Shown in pieces: positions 31,441 through 49,270 of a stretch of DNA of 64,000 nucleotides. The translations under genes and the position numbers were made by a program. The notes under the pieces are model-generated. The model saw only the letters and a list, made by a program, of their open reading frames with translations, was not told where the DNA came from and searched no databases. Each line of letters starts with the position of its first letter. Position 1 is the stretch's first letter. Origin of the DNA: the human T2T-CHM13v2.0 reference genome, Homo sapiens; assembly GCF_009914755.1 (NCBI RefSeq), contig NC_060946.1, one strand, 5' to 3'.

Positions 31441-32611
31441 AATCATAAAGTTGATTTTTACATCTTTAAAGAAAAAAGCAGCAAGTAAGCAACTCGTGCA
31501 ATTAGCCTCTCCGCTGAACCCGCAGGCTCTTCTCCAGGAGCTAAGACGCAAAGCCACCTGCAGCTTGGAGTTCGGGCACTGGCCCGCCATTTCCTCCATT
31601 TATTCAACTATCCAAGAAAGTAATGCACGGTGCTATTAGGCTTATTGTGGGAGCATTAGAAAAGTTTTCAACAAAGGTCAGAACCAACTGGTCACCTAGA
31701 GATTCTTAAAGAAATCACACAAAGCCTTTTATTTCTCAGGCAAGGGGGTCTAACCCGTTTCCCCGATGATTCTGGCCAAAGACAAAAGTGAGGAGCTCTG
31801 TGCTTTCCTGATGGACGTATACAGTACATTTGGAAACACAAGAACCGTGGGTCCGGAGGCAGGAGTCCCCTGGGCATGCGTGTTCAGCACTGGACGGAGA
31901 TAAGCTCCTCCTACAGAGCTCCATGATCCCCGTGGTAGTTAATTTTGTTCTGGAAATGATCCAGCAGGGCACCGTGCCAGCCCCCACTGAGCCAGACCCT
32001 GGACCAAAGCCCCCAGTTCCATGGGAGGAAGCCAGGGCCATCTCAGCCCTGCTCCTTTGGGGCTCAGCCATCGGGACCAGGTCACCTCTGTGGCCAGGCT
32101 ACTCCCCCAGGTGTTTTGGGAGCCTGGGAATTATATGGGGATTTGCTCAGAGGGGGGTCTTCTTGCCAATGACAAATGAAGGGCCAAAATGCAGTGAGAT
32201 ACAGCGCCTTCTTGGAAAGCAACACGTTCCTTCTCTTAGGGATTTTATAGGCAAAAAGTTGCTTGGTACAACCTGAGGGACCCTCCTCAAGCACTCAACA
32301 AGAAGCTCACTCATGTTCCTCTATGGGTGGGAGGCATCTCAATCCTAATGCTACTCCCAGCTAGAGAAATCCTGACAAGCGGGACAAGGAGGAACGCACA
32401 CTTCCGAGCTGCAGCCTCCCGGGGCCTGCCTCCTCCACACGGGCACCGGGACAGAGTGCCTGGGATGGGGCCTCTGAGCTCAGCCCCCACAACACAGTAG
32501 CCTGAGTGTCCCGGGAAAAACAGGAGAAAACTTCAGGAAGGATGGCAGGTGGGCTACAGTTCCCTCGAAAATGACTTTTCTGAGCAAGCAGAAAAAGCTT
32601 ACCAAAAATGT

Positions 32612-33590
32612 GTACACTCGCCCACTCACACTCACGTGTGTACACTCACCCACACTCGTGCATACTCAAACCCACACGTGCACACTCACCACTCACACTC
32701 AAATGCGCCCTCACCCATGCACATGCACTCATACTCGTGCACATTTACCCACGCTCACGTGCATACCCGCATTCACACCCACATGTGCACTCCCACACGT
32801 GCCTTCTCACATTCATGTGCATTTATTCATACGCTCACACGTACACTTACCCAAACTCATGCACACTCACCCACGCACACGTGCACTCACCCTTATGTAC
32901 ACTCACCCACAATCATGTGCATACTCAAAACCCACGTGCACTTACCCACACTCACACTCAAATGTGCACTCACCCACACGTGCGCTCATACTCACATGTG
33001 CACACCTACCCACACTCGTGCATACTCATCCACATTCACACTCACATATACACTCACCCACTCAAATGTGCCCTCACCCACACGTGCACTCATTCATACT
33101 CACATGTGCACACCTGCCCACACTCGTACATACCCACATTCACACCCACATATGCTCACCCACACTCAAATGCACTCGCCCACACACGTGCACTCATATA
33201 TGCACACTCAGCCACTCGTGCACTCACGTGTGCACTCATGCACTCACCCACTCGTGCACTCATGTGCACATTTACCCACATGTGCATGCTCACCCACTCA
33301 AATGTGCACTCACCCACACATTTACACGTGTGCTTCTTCACACACGTGCACACACCCACACACATGCATACTCACCCAGGTGCACTCACCCACTCACGTA
33401 TGCACTCACACGTGTGCACACGTGGACACACCCACTCACATCATTCATACTTGCATGTGCACACACAGATATACTAGCACACACTTGTGTGCACACATGC
33501 TCACCCATACTCGTGCTCATGCTTGCACAATATACTCACCTGTACACACTCACCTTGCACACAGTCTTGCACACTAACACATGCTCATAC
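32612..33590. repeat. ~1-kb degenerate CA-rich low-complexity array
   Basis: Recurrent cacactcacccacac and gtgcactcac units; source of the spurious His/Thr-rich ORFs. Confidence 0.95.
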
Positions 33591-33934
33591 AAAGTCATGG
33601 CCTGCTCCTGTAAAGACCTAATAGTCCCCTCTCTGTCCTCGATCTGGGCCCGCGGGACCCCCTTCCTTAGTCCCCCTGCCTCTTCTTGCCCTGATGACCT
33701 TTCTGACCAGCCTCCCTCCCTCCTGGCCTGCATCCCACTAAGGGGTGACATGCTCAGTATCTGTGTGATAAGGTGAAGGTGGGGAGAGGGCTGAATTGGG
33801 GGACAGAGCATGGAAGCGCCTGGATAAGACAGGGAGAAGGTGGGGGCCGGGGATGGTCACGGCAGGAAAACGCGACAGCCCTGGGATGGCACGTCCCAGA
33901 GCAGCAGATACACGGGTGGGTGAGAGATGCTGGG

Positions 33935-34090
33935 TCCATGGCTCCGCCTAAACCCGGCCCTCCCATCATCTACTCTGTGCTTCAGTTTCCTCATCTGTGA
34001 AACAGCAACAGCACCTCCTCCTCCAGGAGCTAACATGAGGATCACGTGGGGGACACACATGAGCCTGGCACAAGACAGGACATCAGCCAG
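33935..34090. mobile_element. MIR fragment (similar fragments near 1745-1890, 5090-5290, 30870-31010, 63480-63600 and 63790-63950)
   Basis: ctctgtgcttcagtttcctcatctgtgaaac MIR core. Confidence 0.7.
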
Positions 34091-34966
34091 TACACTTCAG
34101 CCACCACCACCCTCCCTGCCGAGGTGCTGGGGGTGGGTAGAGGCGGGAAAGGCCAGGAGCCCAGAGAGGGGAGGGAGGCAGCCGTGGCACAGTGCATCTC
34201 AGAGCCCCAGCAGTGAGGGGTTGGGTGGGGTGGGAAGGATGGGGGTGAGACAGAGGCTGCTGGAGGACAGTGGCTATGATGCCAGACAGGAAGCAACCTC
34301 AGCCGGGCGTGAAACTGAGGGCTGCTCCAGCCCTGGGGCGACTTTCCATAACAGGGTTCTGTAACACAAAGGCCCAGGGTGGGGCGGCGCTTGCCTCCGA
34401 GAATCACCACGTTTCCATAGCAGGTGACTTTCTACCACCTGACCAGGCCTGTGTTTGGGAACGGAAACCAAGTGACTTATCTGTCACATCACATAGCAGC
34501 ATCGGGGCAGCCCCCACCTGCCACAGCGCCTGCAAGCAGGGCCCTGCACCACCTTTCTGGCAGAGCTCGCTAGCCACCTGAAGACCCCTCTGTCGGCTTC
34601 TATGCCCCCATCACTTGGGCTCAAGGAGGCAGGAACATCCTGAGTCCGAGATGCAGGGTAAGTAAAGGCAGTGGCCGCCGACTTCACCAACTGATGGGAG
34701 CACGTGCAGACTGCCTTAGCAGAGGCCCCACTAGTGGATTTGACAGAACACCTGCTGGGGCTGGAGAAGCCAGGGAAGCTCACGAAGGGCGTGACCTTTC
34801 ACGCAGCCACGGAACACCTGGGGAGCATCCCCATCCCCTCCTCTTAAACACGGAACTTCCTATGAGACAGAATCAAAGCCAACAAGGCCCTGAGGGCAAA
34901 ATTACCAGCCTGCATGGCCACCTCCTTTATCATAAGGATTTTACATACTTTGCAAGGCTTAATTAA

Positions 34967-38900
<3,934 letters not shown>

Positions 38901-39047
38901 TTTAAATTTGTTTTAAAAACCTTCCTTCTTCCCTTCCTCCCTTCTTTTTTGAATAATGAAATATTTCAGTCACGTCTCTATGCAGACCCATCTCCAACTG
39001 CTGGAGTCGGCTAGTACCATCAGGGCTGAGTGAGGCAGAGCAGCAAG

Positions 39048-39135
39048 GCTGGGGAGGGCGCAGCTGGGGAGGGCGCAGCCGGGGAGGGCGCAGCCGGGGA
39101 GGGCGCAGCCGGGGAGGGCGCAGCCGGGGAGGGGG
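39048..39135 (+). repeat. 15-bp G-rich tandem repeat (gcYggggagggcgca) x6
   Basis: Read directly; last copy incomplete. Confidence 0.95.
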
Positions 39136-39289
39136 CTGAGTGAAGCTGCAGCCTGGTGAGGTTGGAAGGTTGTTTAGATAATGGAAGGTTGAGAAAAATC
39201 ACTAACTATACTGAGGAAAATGAGAACAAGGTTTCTAACTGGTAAAGAGTTACACATATAGAAGAGGAAAAACAACAAGAATGACCTCT

Positions 39290-39990
39290 AACTCTGCTTG
39301 GGTTGCTGTAACAGAGGCTGAGCGCCTTGTAAACAACATGCATCTGTTTCTCACAGTTCTGGAGGCTGCAAGTCCAAAATCAAGGTGCTGGTAGATTGAA
39401 CGTCTGGCAAGGGTTCGCCACCCGGTTCCTAGACCACACCTTCTTACCACATCCTCACATGACAGAAGGGGTGAGGGGCGGTCTTGGGGCTCTTTTATAA
39501 GGACATTCATTCCACTCGCGGGAGACCCTGATCACCTCCCAAAGGCTGCACTTCCTAATACTATCACCTTGGGGGTGAGGATTTCAATATAGCAATTTGG
39601 GGGTGCTATGGTCTGAAGTGTCCCCCAAAGTTCACGTGTTGAAACTTCATGGCCAATGGGATGGTTTCAAGAGATGGGCCCTTTAGGAGGTGGTAAAGTC
39701 ATGAGGGTGAGCCCCTCAAGAATGGGATAAGGGCCTCAATAAAAGGGCCCATGGGAGTGGGTCCACTGTCTTGCATTCTTCCGCCATGTGAGGACCCCAG
39801 ACGCTGCCATTTATGAGGAATGGGCCTTCGCCAGGCCCCAAACCTGCAGGTGCTCAGGCTTCCAGCCTCCAGGACTCAGAGAAATCAATCTCTGTGGTTT
39901 GTAAGTACCCAGCCTTGTGTGTTCTGTTACCAGGCAGCACGAATGGGCTGGGACGGCATCAGGGGGATGTGAATGTGCAGAGCAGAGCAA
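39290..39990. mobile_element. Two MaLR LTRs (MLT1A/MST-like) in opposite orientation, abutting at ~39604
   Basis: First has tctcacagttctggaggctg..agtccaa.atcaaggtg; second starts tgctatggtctgaa.tgtccccc. Confidence 0.75.
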
Positions 39991-40234
39991 ACGCAGCAGT
40001 GCTCCAGTGAAGTTCATGGCTTCCAATAGGGAGTGATAGATAAATAGGAAAAAAAGATCAATATGAAGTGTGTGTGCATGTATATATGTACACACACACA
40101 CACCTACACAGACGTCTATGTCCTAGCTCTGCCCAGTAAGAGAGACTGGGAGTGAGACACCCCAAAGCAATGAGCACACCAAGCACCCAGATCTGGATTT
40201 CTAAATGCCACCCTCCACTAAAAGAACCAGGCTC

Positions 40235-40531
40235 GGCCAGGTGCAGTGGCTTATGCCTGTAATCCTAACTGTTTGGGAGGCCAAGGCAGGGAGATCACCT
40301 GAGGTCAGGAGTTTGAAAACAACCTGGCCAACATGGTGAAACTCCAATCTCTACTAAAAGTACAAAAATTAACCGGGTGTGGTGGCGCGCATCTGTAAAC
40401 CCAGCTACTCAGGAGGCTGAGGCAGGAGAATTGCTTGAACCTGGGAGGCAGAGGTTGCAGTGAGCCAAGACAGCAACAAAGGCGCCTGGGCGACAGAGCG
40501 GGACTCCATCTCAAAAATAAAATAAATAAAA
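40235..40531 (+). mobile_element. AluS
   Basis: Alu consensus. Confidence 0.88.
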
Positions 40532-41496
40532 TACACCCTACAACTATGGCTTTTAAAATCTAGTAACAAGATCCTGGGAGCTCCTCCCCTCATCACCGCA
40601 CAGAACCCCACCGCACTGTTGGCAATGGTTGTTGACGTTCCGCTGTCGGAGGACCTTATATTCTATTAAATACCTTCCAAGTTCGTTTCTGTAAGTTGGA
40701 TTCTGTGCGTGTAATTGGCACTCAATTAACATGGAAGGGAGAGAAGGAGGGAGGGAAAGGGAAGGCTACGTGGCCTCACCCAGGGGACCACACAACTGTC
40801 TAACCACGGCAGATCTGTAGAGCCCAGAAAGGGTCCCATCAAAAAACCTCACCCTGACCCAAGTGTCTGGGTGGAAGTCCTCGAGTTTTTAGAACATGTG
40901 CAGAAACGGAGAAGCTCCCCCGACCCCAGGGGTGCTCCGGGGGTACATCTCCCACTCTCCTTGGGACTCTGGGGTTTAATGTGCAGCACAGACCCAAGAG
41001 GTTTTGAATGACCTGACAAGCAACAGGTGAGCAATCCCTAATGACAGCAGGACCTAGCGGTCATCTCAAGGTCATGGAAATCTCAAAGCACTTACATCCT
41101 CTGCTCAACAGAAGCAGAGGCCGGTCCTCCGGTTTGTTGCAACCGGGCCTCATGCTGTCTTTATAAAAGCACTTTCCGCAGCATGCCAAAGACAGCCCCG
41201 CGCCATCTCAGAATCACCAGAACCAGAGGAAGCCAAATTGCCGAGGCAGAGTCCCAAGGACTCCAGCAGCCAGCTCAGGCATGGGGCTTCATTGCGTGTG
41301 GTCTAGCCACCCGTGGCCAGCATGGCGATCGCGACCAGCACAGCATCGTCCCCGGCCAGGTGACGGATGCCGAGTGCCCCTTGGAGACCACCTGCTGCCC
41401 ACGTAGAGGCTGCTGCCTCAAGCTCCGGCCCAGGGTCTCGCATCTCCACCTGAAGCTACCAGGACTCCCGCTAGCTGAGCTCCCGTCTCACTAGCC

Positions 41497-41682
41497 CAGT
41501 GGTTCTCATCCAGGGCATGACCTCAGGGGCCTGACAATGATGAAGACCTCTTGGTTGTCAAAACCGGGTTAGGGGAACAGCTGGAGTCTAGTGACCAGAG
41601 GTCAGGAATGCTGCCCAGAACAGGCCTCACAATGAAGGGTCATCGTCCCCAAGGGGCGGCAGTGCCCAGGTGGGAAATCCTG
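41497..41682. mobile_element. MER20-like hAT DNA transposon (MITE)
   Basis: Termini cagtggttctca ... tgggaaatcctg; internal ttggttgtca and tctagtg..agagg.cagg.atgctgc. Confidence 0.7.
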
Positions 41683-44600
41683 ACGCGGCTGCTCACCGCC
41701 TCCCACATCTGCTTCATGCGGGATCTCCCAGCAGCTCTGGGCCTCCTGGCGCTCCACCTCACTGCCTCACTGCACAGCTCACTCACGGGTCCCCAGCGGG
41801 CCACACTGCCTGGTGTCCATGTCAGGCACTACCTCCCCTGCATGTCCCTGCCTCCCCAGCTGGCCAGGAGACTGTGCTCCAGGCTCTGGGCAGGCTCAGC
41901 TGGCTTTAGAAGATGCCCAGGTCAGGTGGACACGAGCCACCCTTGCTTCCCCAGGGCCCCGTTAAACATCTTGCTGGCACGTCTGTGTCCCCGACCCTGC
42001 CAGGAGCTCCTGGAACAAGGTGGGGTCTAAACGTGATCCCCGCAGGCAGCCTCAGGGAAGCACAGTAAGGGAATGACCCGCTCAGTGCAGCCCCGAGGAT
42101 CCCCATCCTTCCAGACGGCCCCTCCCCAGCACTGTCTCCGTGGGGAATAAGCTTCTCCCCACACTTCCCAAACACCCAGGATGCCGAGGGCGATGGAGGA
42201 GCAGCAAACACTTAAGCATAATGAGGGCAAAACCGATTCTCAAGTGGGGAGAACGTTTTCCGTCAGGCATGTCCACCCTTTTGAAGTTGTGGACACACCT
42301 TCAAACCAGCCTTGAGGGAAAAAACAAACAAACAAACAAACAAAAAACCAGCCTGGGGTGAAGCAACGACTGAAAATGCTCCACTCGGCCCCAAACCTCC
42401 CGGCGTGGCTGTGGGCGTGGGGGCTGTGTTGTTCATCTGTGCTTGGCGGAGCGCCACACAAATGTACAAGTGCCTGCCTTTGAAAAGACCGTCCTGGAAA
42501 AACGTCCGACTCCAATGTACCCTTTGGTTTTGCTGAAGGTGAATTAGACCAATAAACCTTCTCGTCTAAAATGTCATCAGGCAGAAAGGAAAAATAAACA
42601 GACTCTGCCTGCTCCCTGCCTGGGAGGGTTCCCTACCCCATGGCTTCTGGTGGCTTTGGCCAGTGGGGAGCCAGACGGGAGGATAGAGTGAGGGAGGGGA
42701 GGGGTGTCAGGAGGGTCCCTGGTTAGCTGTGCCCCTCCTGGGTGGTCCGCAGCCCTCTCCTGTGGCTTCTGACCATGACCCCTTCTTTCTGGGCTCCAAT
42801 CTGCCCTTTCCCTTGATGCTCTAGGACTAAGGGCCATCGCAGCTCCGCTGGCACTGCCTCCAGCCCTGGGTCCCACACCGCCTCTCATGGATGCCCCATG
42901 CCCTGCCCAGCCCTTTGTAAATAACCCTTCCAGGGCTGGTCCCACTGGAGCACCCCATCTGCTTCCTGTGGGGACCCTGACTGCTCCACCAGCCTGGCAG
43001 CTCCCAGGCCCTGTACACTGGTGGGTGGGGGAAGGGTCCCCGCAGGTTGCACGTGGAGGCAGTGCAGGAGGCCACTCTGACAGGCAACACCCGGGAGATC
43101 ATGCTCAGATGTAAAATGCAGGTGGCCCACACCTCAGAGACACAGCCACTCTGGAGGGCGGGGGACAGAGAACGAGACTGAAGAGAGGAGGGTGGGCAGC
43201 AGCGGCATGGCCCGCACCAATGCTTCCACCCTCTCCAGACTGCTGTATGCTGAATTTTTTCAAGTATGTTTTCTTCATCATCCCCAAAAATTCAAAAACC
43301 AAAACCAGCGAGGTGGTGTGGCAGGTAAATGGAGCGTGCTGGGGCAAGGACACAGCTGGGCGGGGCAGGGGGGATGACCGTCCGCATCAGCCAAGGCAGG
43401 CAGGGACGCGTGTGCAGGGGGGTTCCCTCGGCAGTGTCACCCACCACCCTCAAGATCACCCTTGCAGCCCCAGCCCTGAGCCCCTCTCAACTGGTCATGG
43501 CCCTGGACACCCCTCATCGTCCAGCCCCAACGCCTCCTCCTCCTGGGGGTCCCCTCCCACCCTGAGCCTGTCGTCTTCCCCAAAACCTTCCCTGGTGGCC
43601 CAAGGTCACCCCCAAGGTGGCTGCTGGAGGACAGGACCAGAGGTGACATTGGAGACAAAGTGGAGGCCCAGAGAGCAGAGGAACCAGCCCCCAGAAGATT
43701 GTCTTCCTGACCTCAAGCTGGCCCCCGCCACCCCTCCAGGCCCCCACACTGCTCCCAACCTGACTGGTCCTGCCCCCAGCTCAGGTGCACTCCAGAGGAG
43801 GCCTCTGCACCTGGGTTTGTCAGAGCTGCCACTCGGAGACTAAGTCACGGAGCAGCAGTACTGTCTCCTTCTCGGGCTGGTGCTCATAATCTCTGCTAAC
43901 ACATCCTAGTGTGTGGCCCCGTCAGACCTCCTAATGGACGCCTGAAGACACAGTAAAAACTGGTTGGTTTCCTCCATCAAATAACCTCAGGCAAGAGAGA
44001 GAAGTATCTGGCGCTCGCAGGAAAGGCCTAATCCCACACGGGAGGCTGTGCTCAGGCACCGCTGACAGGACCCGGCCCTAGACACGGAAGCCATGGATCC
44101 CGGTAATCCACCGTCCTCTGTTTATCTTCTTACATGAGGCCCCTCTCCTCCGGGACAGTGCAGGTGGCGTCCTGCACGGGGACTTTGCTCCTCTGAGCTC
44201 CCGGAAAGGGGCGGCCACAGGCGGGCCCCAGTGAACACTCACTGTGTTCAGAGCCAGGGCGGAGTGTGGACAGAGGTGGCCACAGTGGCGTCCTGGCTGC
44301 GAGTCCCTCTGCAACTGCAGACACACTGTTGCTTCTGCCATAGGCAGATGATGATTCTGGAGTGTTGAGCACTGATGGGGAGACCAAGGCTGACTCGACC
44401 TCCCCCTGCCTACCCCCTCCCCAGCAACAAACGTTCATCTCTGGACTTGGTCTTCTGATACGTGCAGGAAGGAAAATGCGCCACCTATGCCCTATGCTTC
44501 CCTGACGATGGGGCACCGTCTCCAGGGTCCCCTGTGGCCCAGCCCTTGGGAGGCACCACCCCAGGGGGCATTGAGCTCTGGTGTCCAGCCCCAGCTGGCT

Positions 44601-45927
44601 GGAAGGGCACAACAGGAAGGGTCACCAGGTCAGAGTAGGCAGCGCCAGGCAGCAGGACGCAACGGCCACCCGTGCAGCTCACCCAGGTGAACGCGCTTCA
44701 CACTGGCTAGCACTGCCCCACACAGCCACAGGACGGCACCGTATCAAGAAAAGACTCGGTCTTTGAAATGGACAATGGCAGCAAATAAATCCGCGTCTGT
44801 GAGGGCTACCCTCTTCCTCTTGCTCAGCCCTGAGCCCCTCACCCCACCAGCCCCTGCACCTCTGTCAAGCACATGGTTCTCCAAACATCAGCCAAGCCCC
44901 ACTAGGGGTGACATCCAATGTGCGGCAGCCCAGACCCTGCCCAGACACCTGCCAGCCTTCTCTCAATATCCCCCCAAACCCCGAGCAAGCACTCAGCTCC
45001 CAAACCTCACCAGCACCTCCCATCTGCCCTCCTCCCAAATGAGGCTCAAGCTCCACCTGCCCTGGATTGGCACTGATGGGACAGAGGACAAAAACTATGG
45101 TCTCTGTGCAGGTGACCACTACTTGGAGTCTGTGTGGCACGCCTGGGAGATGATGGGATATTCAAGGCAGATGGGAGGGGCGGGCCAGGGAGGTGGAGGG
45201 ACGCCGGTGGCCAGCATGGAAAGGAGAGTGAAAGCCAGTGGAGGCGACACTACGACCTCAGGCCCAGTGGCTGGACCCCAACTGCTGGCGAGTCGCAGCC
45301 AGGCACAGTGGCTGTGAAAGAAGGAAGATGCTCTCTCCATAGAAGGACTGGGTCGATTCTCCTGGAGGACAGAGGAGCCCTCGTCTGCCAACCAAGCTTA
45401 GGCCCCAGCCTTGTGAAGTCCGGGAAGCGGGGCACAGGGGGGGTGGCCAGGCTCCAGGAGGAGCCGGTAAGACCCACGCAGACCCACGAGCAAGCGGGGG
45501 CACACCCTGGAGCTTCCCAAGAAGAGAAAAGGGATTTGCAAAATCACAGCCGTGGAAAGCACAGCATTTTGATGCAAAAAACAATGTGTTTCCTTACAAG
45601 CCAACGAACAGCAAAATAAAGTGAAACCAAAACCACCCAGCCTTCACGGCACTTCCTTGAAGAGTGTTCTGGCTCGCCAGTTACATCCAGGTACAGTGGA
45701 CGATTTTGGCTACAGAGCCGTGTATGAACAGCCCAGAATTTCAGCCACTAGTAGACTCTGGCCAAGGTGGCTGCAAATGAATAAGCCCTTTCTGTGTCCC
45801 TCCCCCAGCGCAGGAGATCTCCGGGGTCCCTGTGTACCCCCCGACCCAGAGCTCTGGGTGGGACTATGACCCCAGCACAGGGCTCAGGTGTATTTACACA
45901 GACCCTCCACAAATGTGCATTTCCTAA

Positions 45928-46131
<204 letters not shown>

Positions 46132-46373
46132 TGAGTAGCTGGGATTACAGGCACCCGCCACCACGCCCGGCTAATTTTTTAATTTTTGTATTTTTGGTAG
46201 AGACAGGGTTTCGCCACGTTGGCCAAGCTGGTCTCGAGCTCCTGACCTCAGGTAATCCACCTGCCTTGGCCTCTCAAAGTGCTGGGATTACAGGCGTGAG
46301 CCACTGCGCCTCGCCCCAGGGCACCTTCTCGAGCCGCCCTGGGGCCAGGGGGAAGTGGTGGGGCCCATCTTAC

Positions 46374-46462
46374 CTTGTTGTAGTACTGCACCTGCACAGA
46401 GTGCCACCGCCCGTCACTCACACCACTGGGAACCTTCGGTGCCACGGTCGTTGTTGTCTCGC
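46374..46462 (-). CDS. CELSR1: Exon 5 (89 nt): LamG1 ([29 protein letters not shown])
   Basis: Acceptor atgcag|GC, donor AAG|gtaaga; contains the LamG SDGxWH motif. Confidence 0.96.
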
Positions 46463-46650
46463 CTGCATGGTGGGAGGGAGACCCAGAGAGAAAACAGGGG
46501 TTGGCGGGGCCTACTGGGGACCGAGGATTGCGCTGTGAGGCATCAGGGGGAGACAGGTGCACATGGCCACGTCCTCCCTCCCCTCCCCACGGCACCATGG
46601 TGGGAGGCGCCCACCACTCCATCCATTTTCTTTTCTGGTTACAAAAGTAA

Positions 46651-46878
<228 letters not shown>

Positions 46879-47673
46879 TAGTCTCGAACTCCTGACCTCG
46901 TGATCTGCCTGCCTTGGCCTCCCAAACTGCTGGGATAACGGGCGTGAGCCACCGCGCCTGGCCTTGTTCCTTTTCTAAATATGAAAAAATATAAACACGG
47001 AAAACCCATCTGTCTGTACCAGCAGCAGTCACACCTACACCGCACCAGAGGTCGAACCCTTTTTCCTATGCATTGCATCAACGTAGACAAAATCATCAAA
47101 ACCAATTCCACTTTAGGTCACTTAATCAAATAAATGTCATCTCAGGCTTTTAACAACTCTTAAACCACGTAACACGTCCCATCGTGAGGTCGCGGACGCG
47201 TCTCTTGTGCATCTCTGCTTTGGGGTGTCTGTCATTTCCACCCCTTGAGCTCCTGCTGGAGTGGGGCGGGCGAGTCCCTTTGGGGATTCTGGGGCACAAC
47301 CCTGAGTCAGCAGCAGCAGCTGGGAGGAAGGAGCTTCAGGGGCACCAAAGGACAGGTGCGGTGGGTACCAGGTCCCGGGCAGAGAATACCGTCTCCAGGG
47401 AACCAGCAGGAGTTCTGGAAACGGGTGTGGGAGACACTGGCCAGGGGAATAGCCTAATCCCACCTCACAGAGCCCGGAGAGCTATGGCCACCTCTCCCAT
47501 GGTGGTTGGCTGCTGTTACAGGTGCCTCCCTTTCTTTATTGCGTATAGAAAACAAAGCTCCATCCTCCACCATCACACACATGTCATTCAACACGGGCCA
47601 GGGTTCTAGAGACGGAAGCAGCTCTGAGCCATCTTGGTGAACTTCCAGGTGAAGGAGGAGATGGCAGAATTCA

Positions 47674-48466
<793 letters not shown>

Positions 48467-48702
48467 TAGCCAGGCTGGTCTCTAACTCCTGACCTCAGGT
48501 GATCTGCCTGCCTCGGCCTCCCAAAGTGCTGGGGATTACAGGCATGAGCCACTGCACCCGGCCAGTGTTGACATTTTTAATCTAGAGATGTACCACAATT
48601 TAATGATTCCTTGGTTTCTGAAAACATGAACCAGATCGTCCACATTTCCAGCACTATAAATAACACTGTTATGAACATCTTTTTATTATTATTATTTTTT
48701 GA

Positions 48703-48960
<258 letters not shown>

Positions 48961-49154
48961 TGAGCCACCACGCCCGGCCTGTTATGAACATCTTTGTGTA
49001 CTTTGGATTTCTTAAATAAGACAGCTTCCTAGACCTACAAGTGAGGGAGGAAAGGGTAAGCAGCTTGGAGGCGCTGCACAGGGCGAGGGTCGTTTTAACC
49101 CACAAAGTATCTGTGAATTGCTCAGAGCTGCCCTTCCTGGGGAGAAGGCCCCAC

Positions 49155-49270
49155 CTGCAGAGAAGGTGAGCTGCACCTGCTCGTCCACGATCTCCAGGGC
49201 GATGAAGTCGTGCTTCTCATTGAAGCGGCCGTTGTAGAGAAGCAAGCCGTTCCTTTCCTGAGTGGCAAAC
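49155..49270 (-). CDS. CELSR1: Exon 4 (116 nt): LamG1 (FATQERNGLLLYNGR...QLTFSAG)
   Basis: Acceptor ccacag|G, donor G|gtgggg; phase 2 to 1. Confidence 0.96.

Noticed and set aside
31883-31903. REST/RE1-like TTCAGCAC...GGAC
   Set aside because: Half-site spacing and the right half do not fit the canonical or known non-canonical RE1.
32549-33776. Three long + strand His/Thr-rich ORFs (289-401 aa)
   Set aside because: All three frames are open because the CA-rich repeat lacks stop codons; they are antisense to CELSR1 and show no domain.
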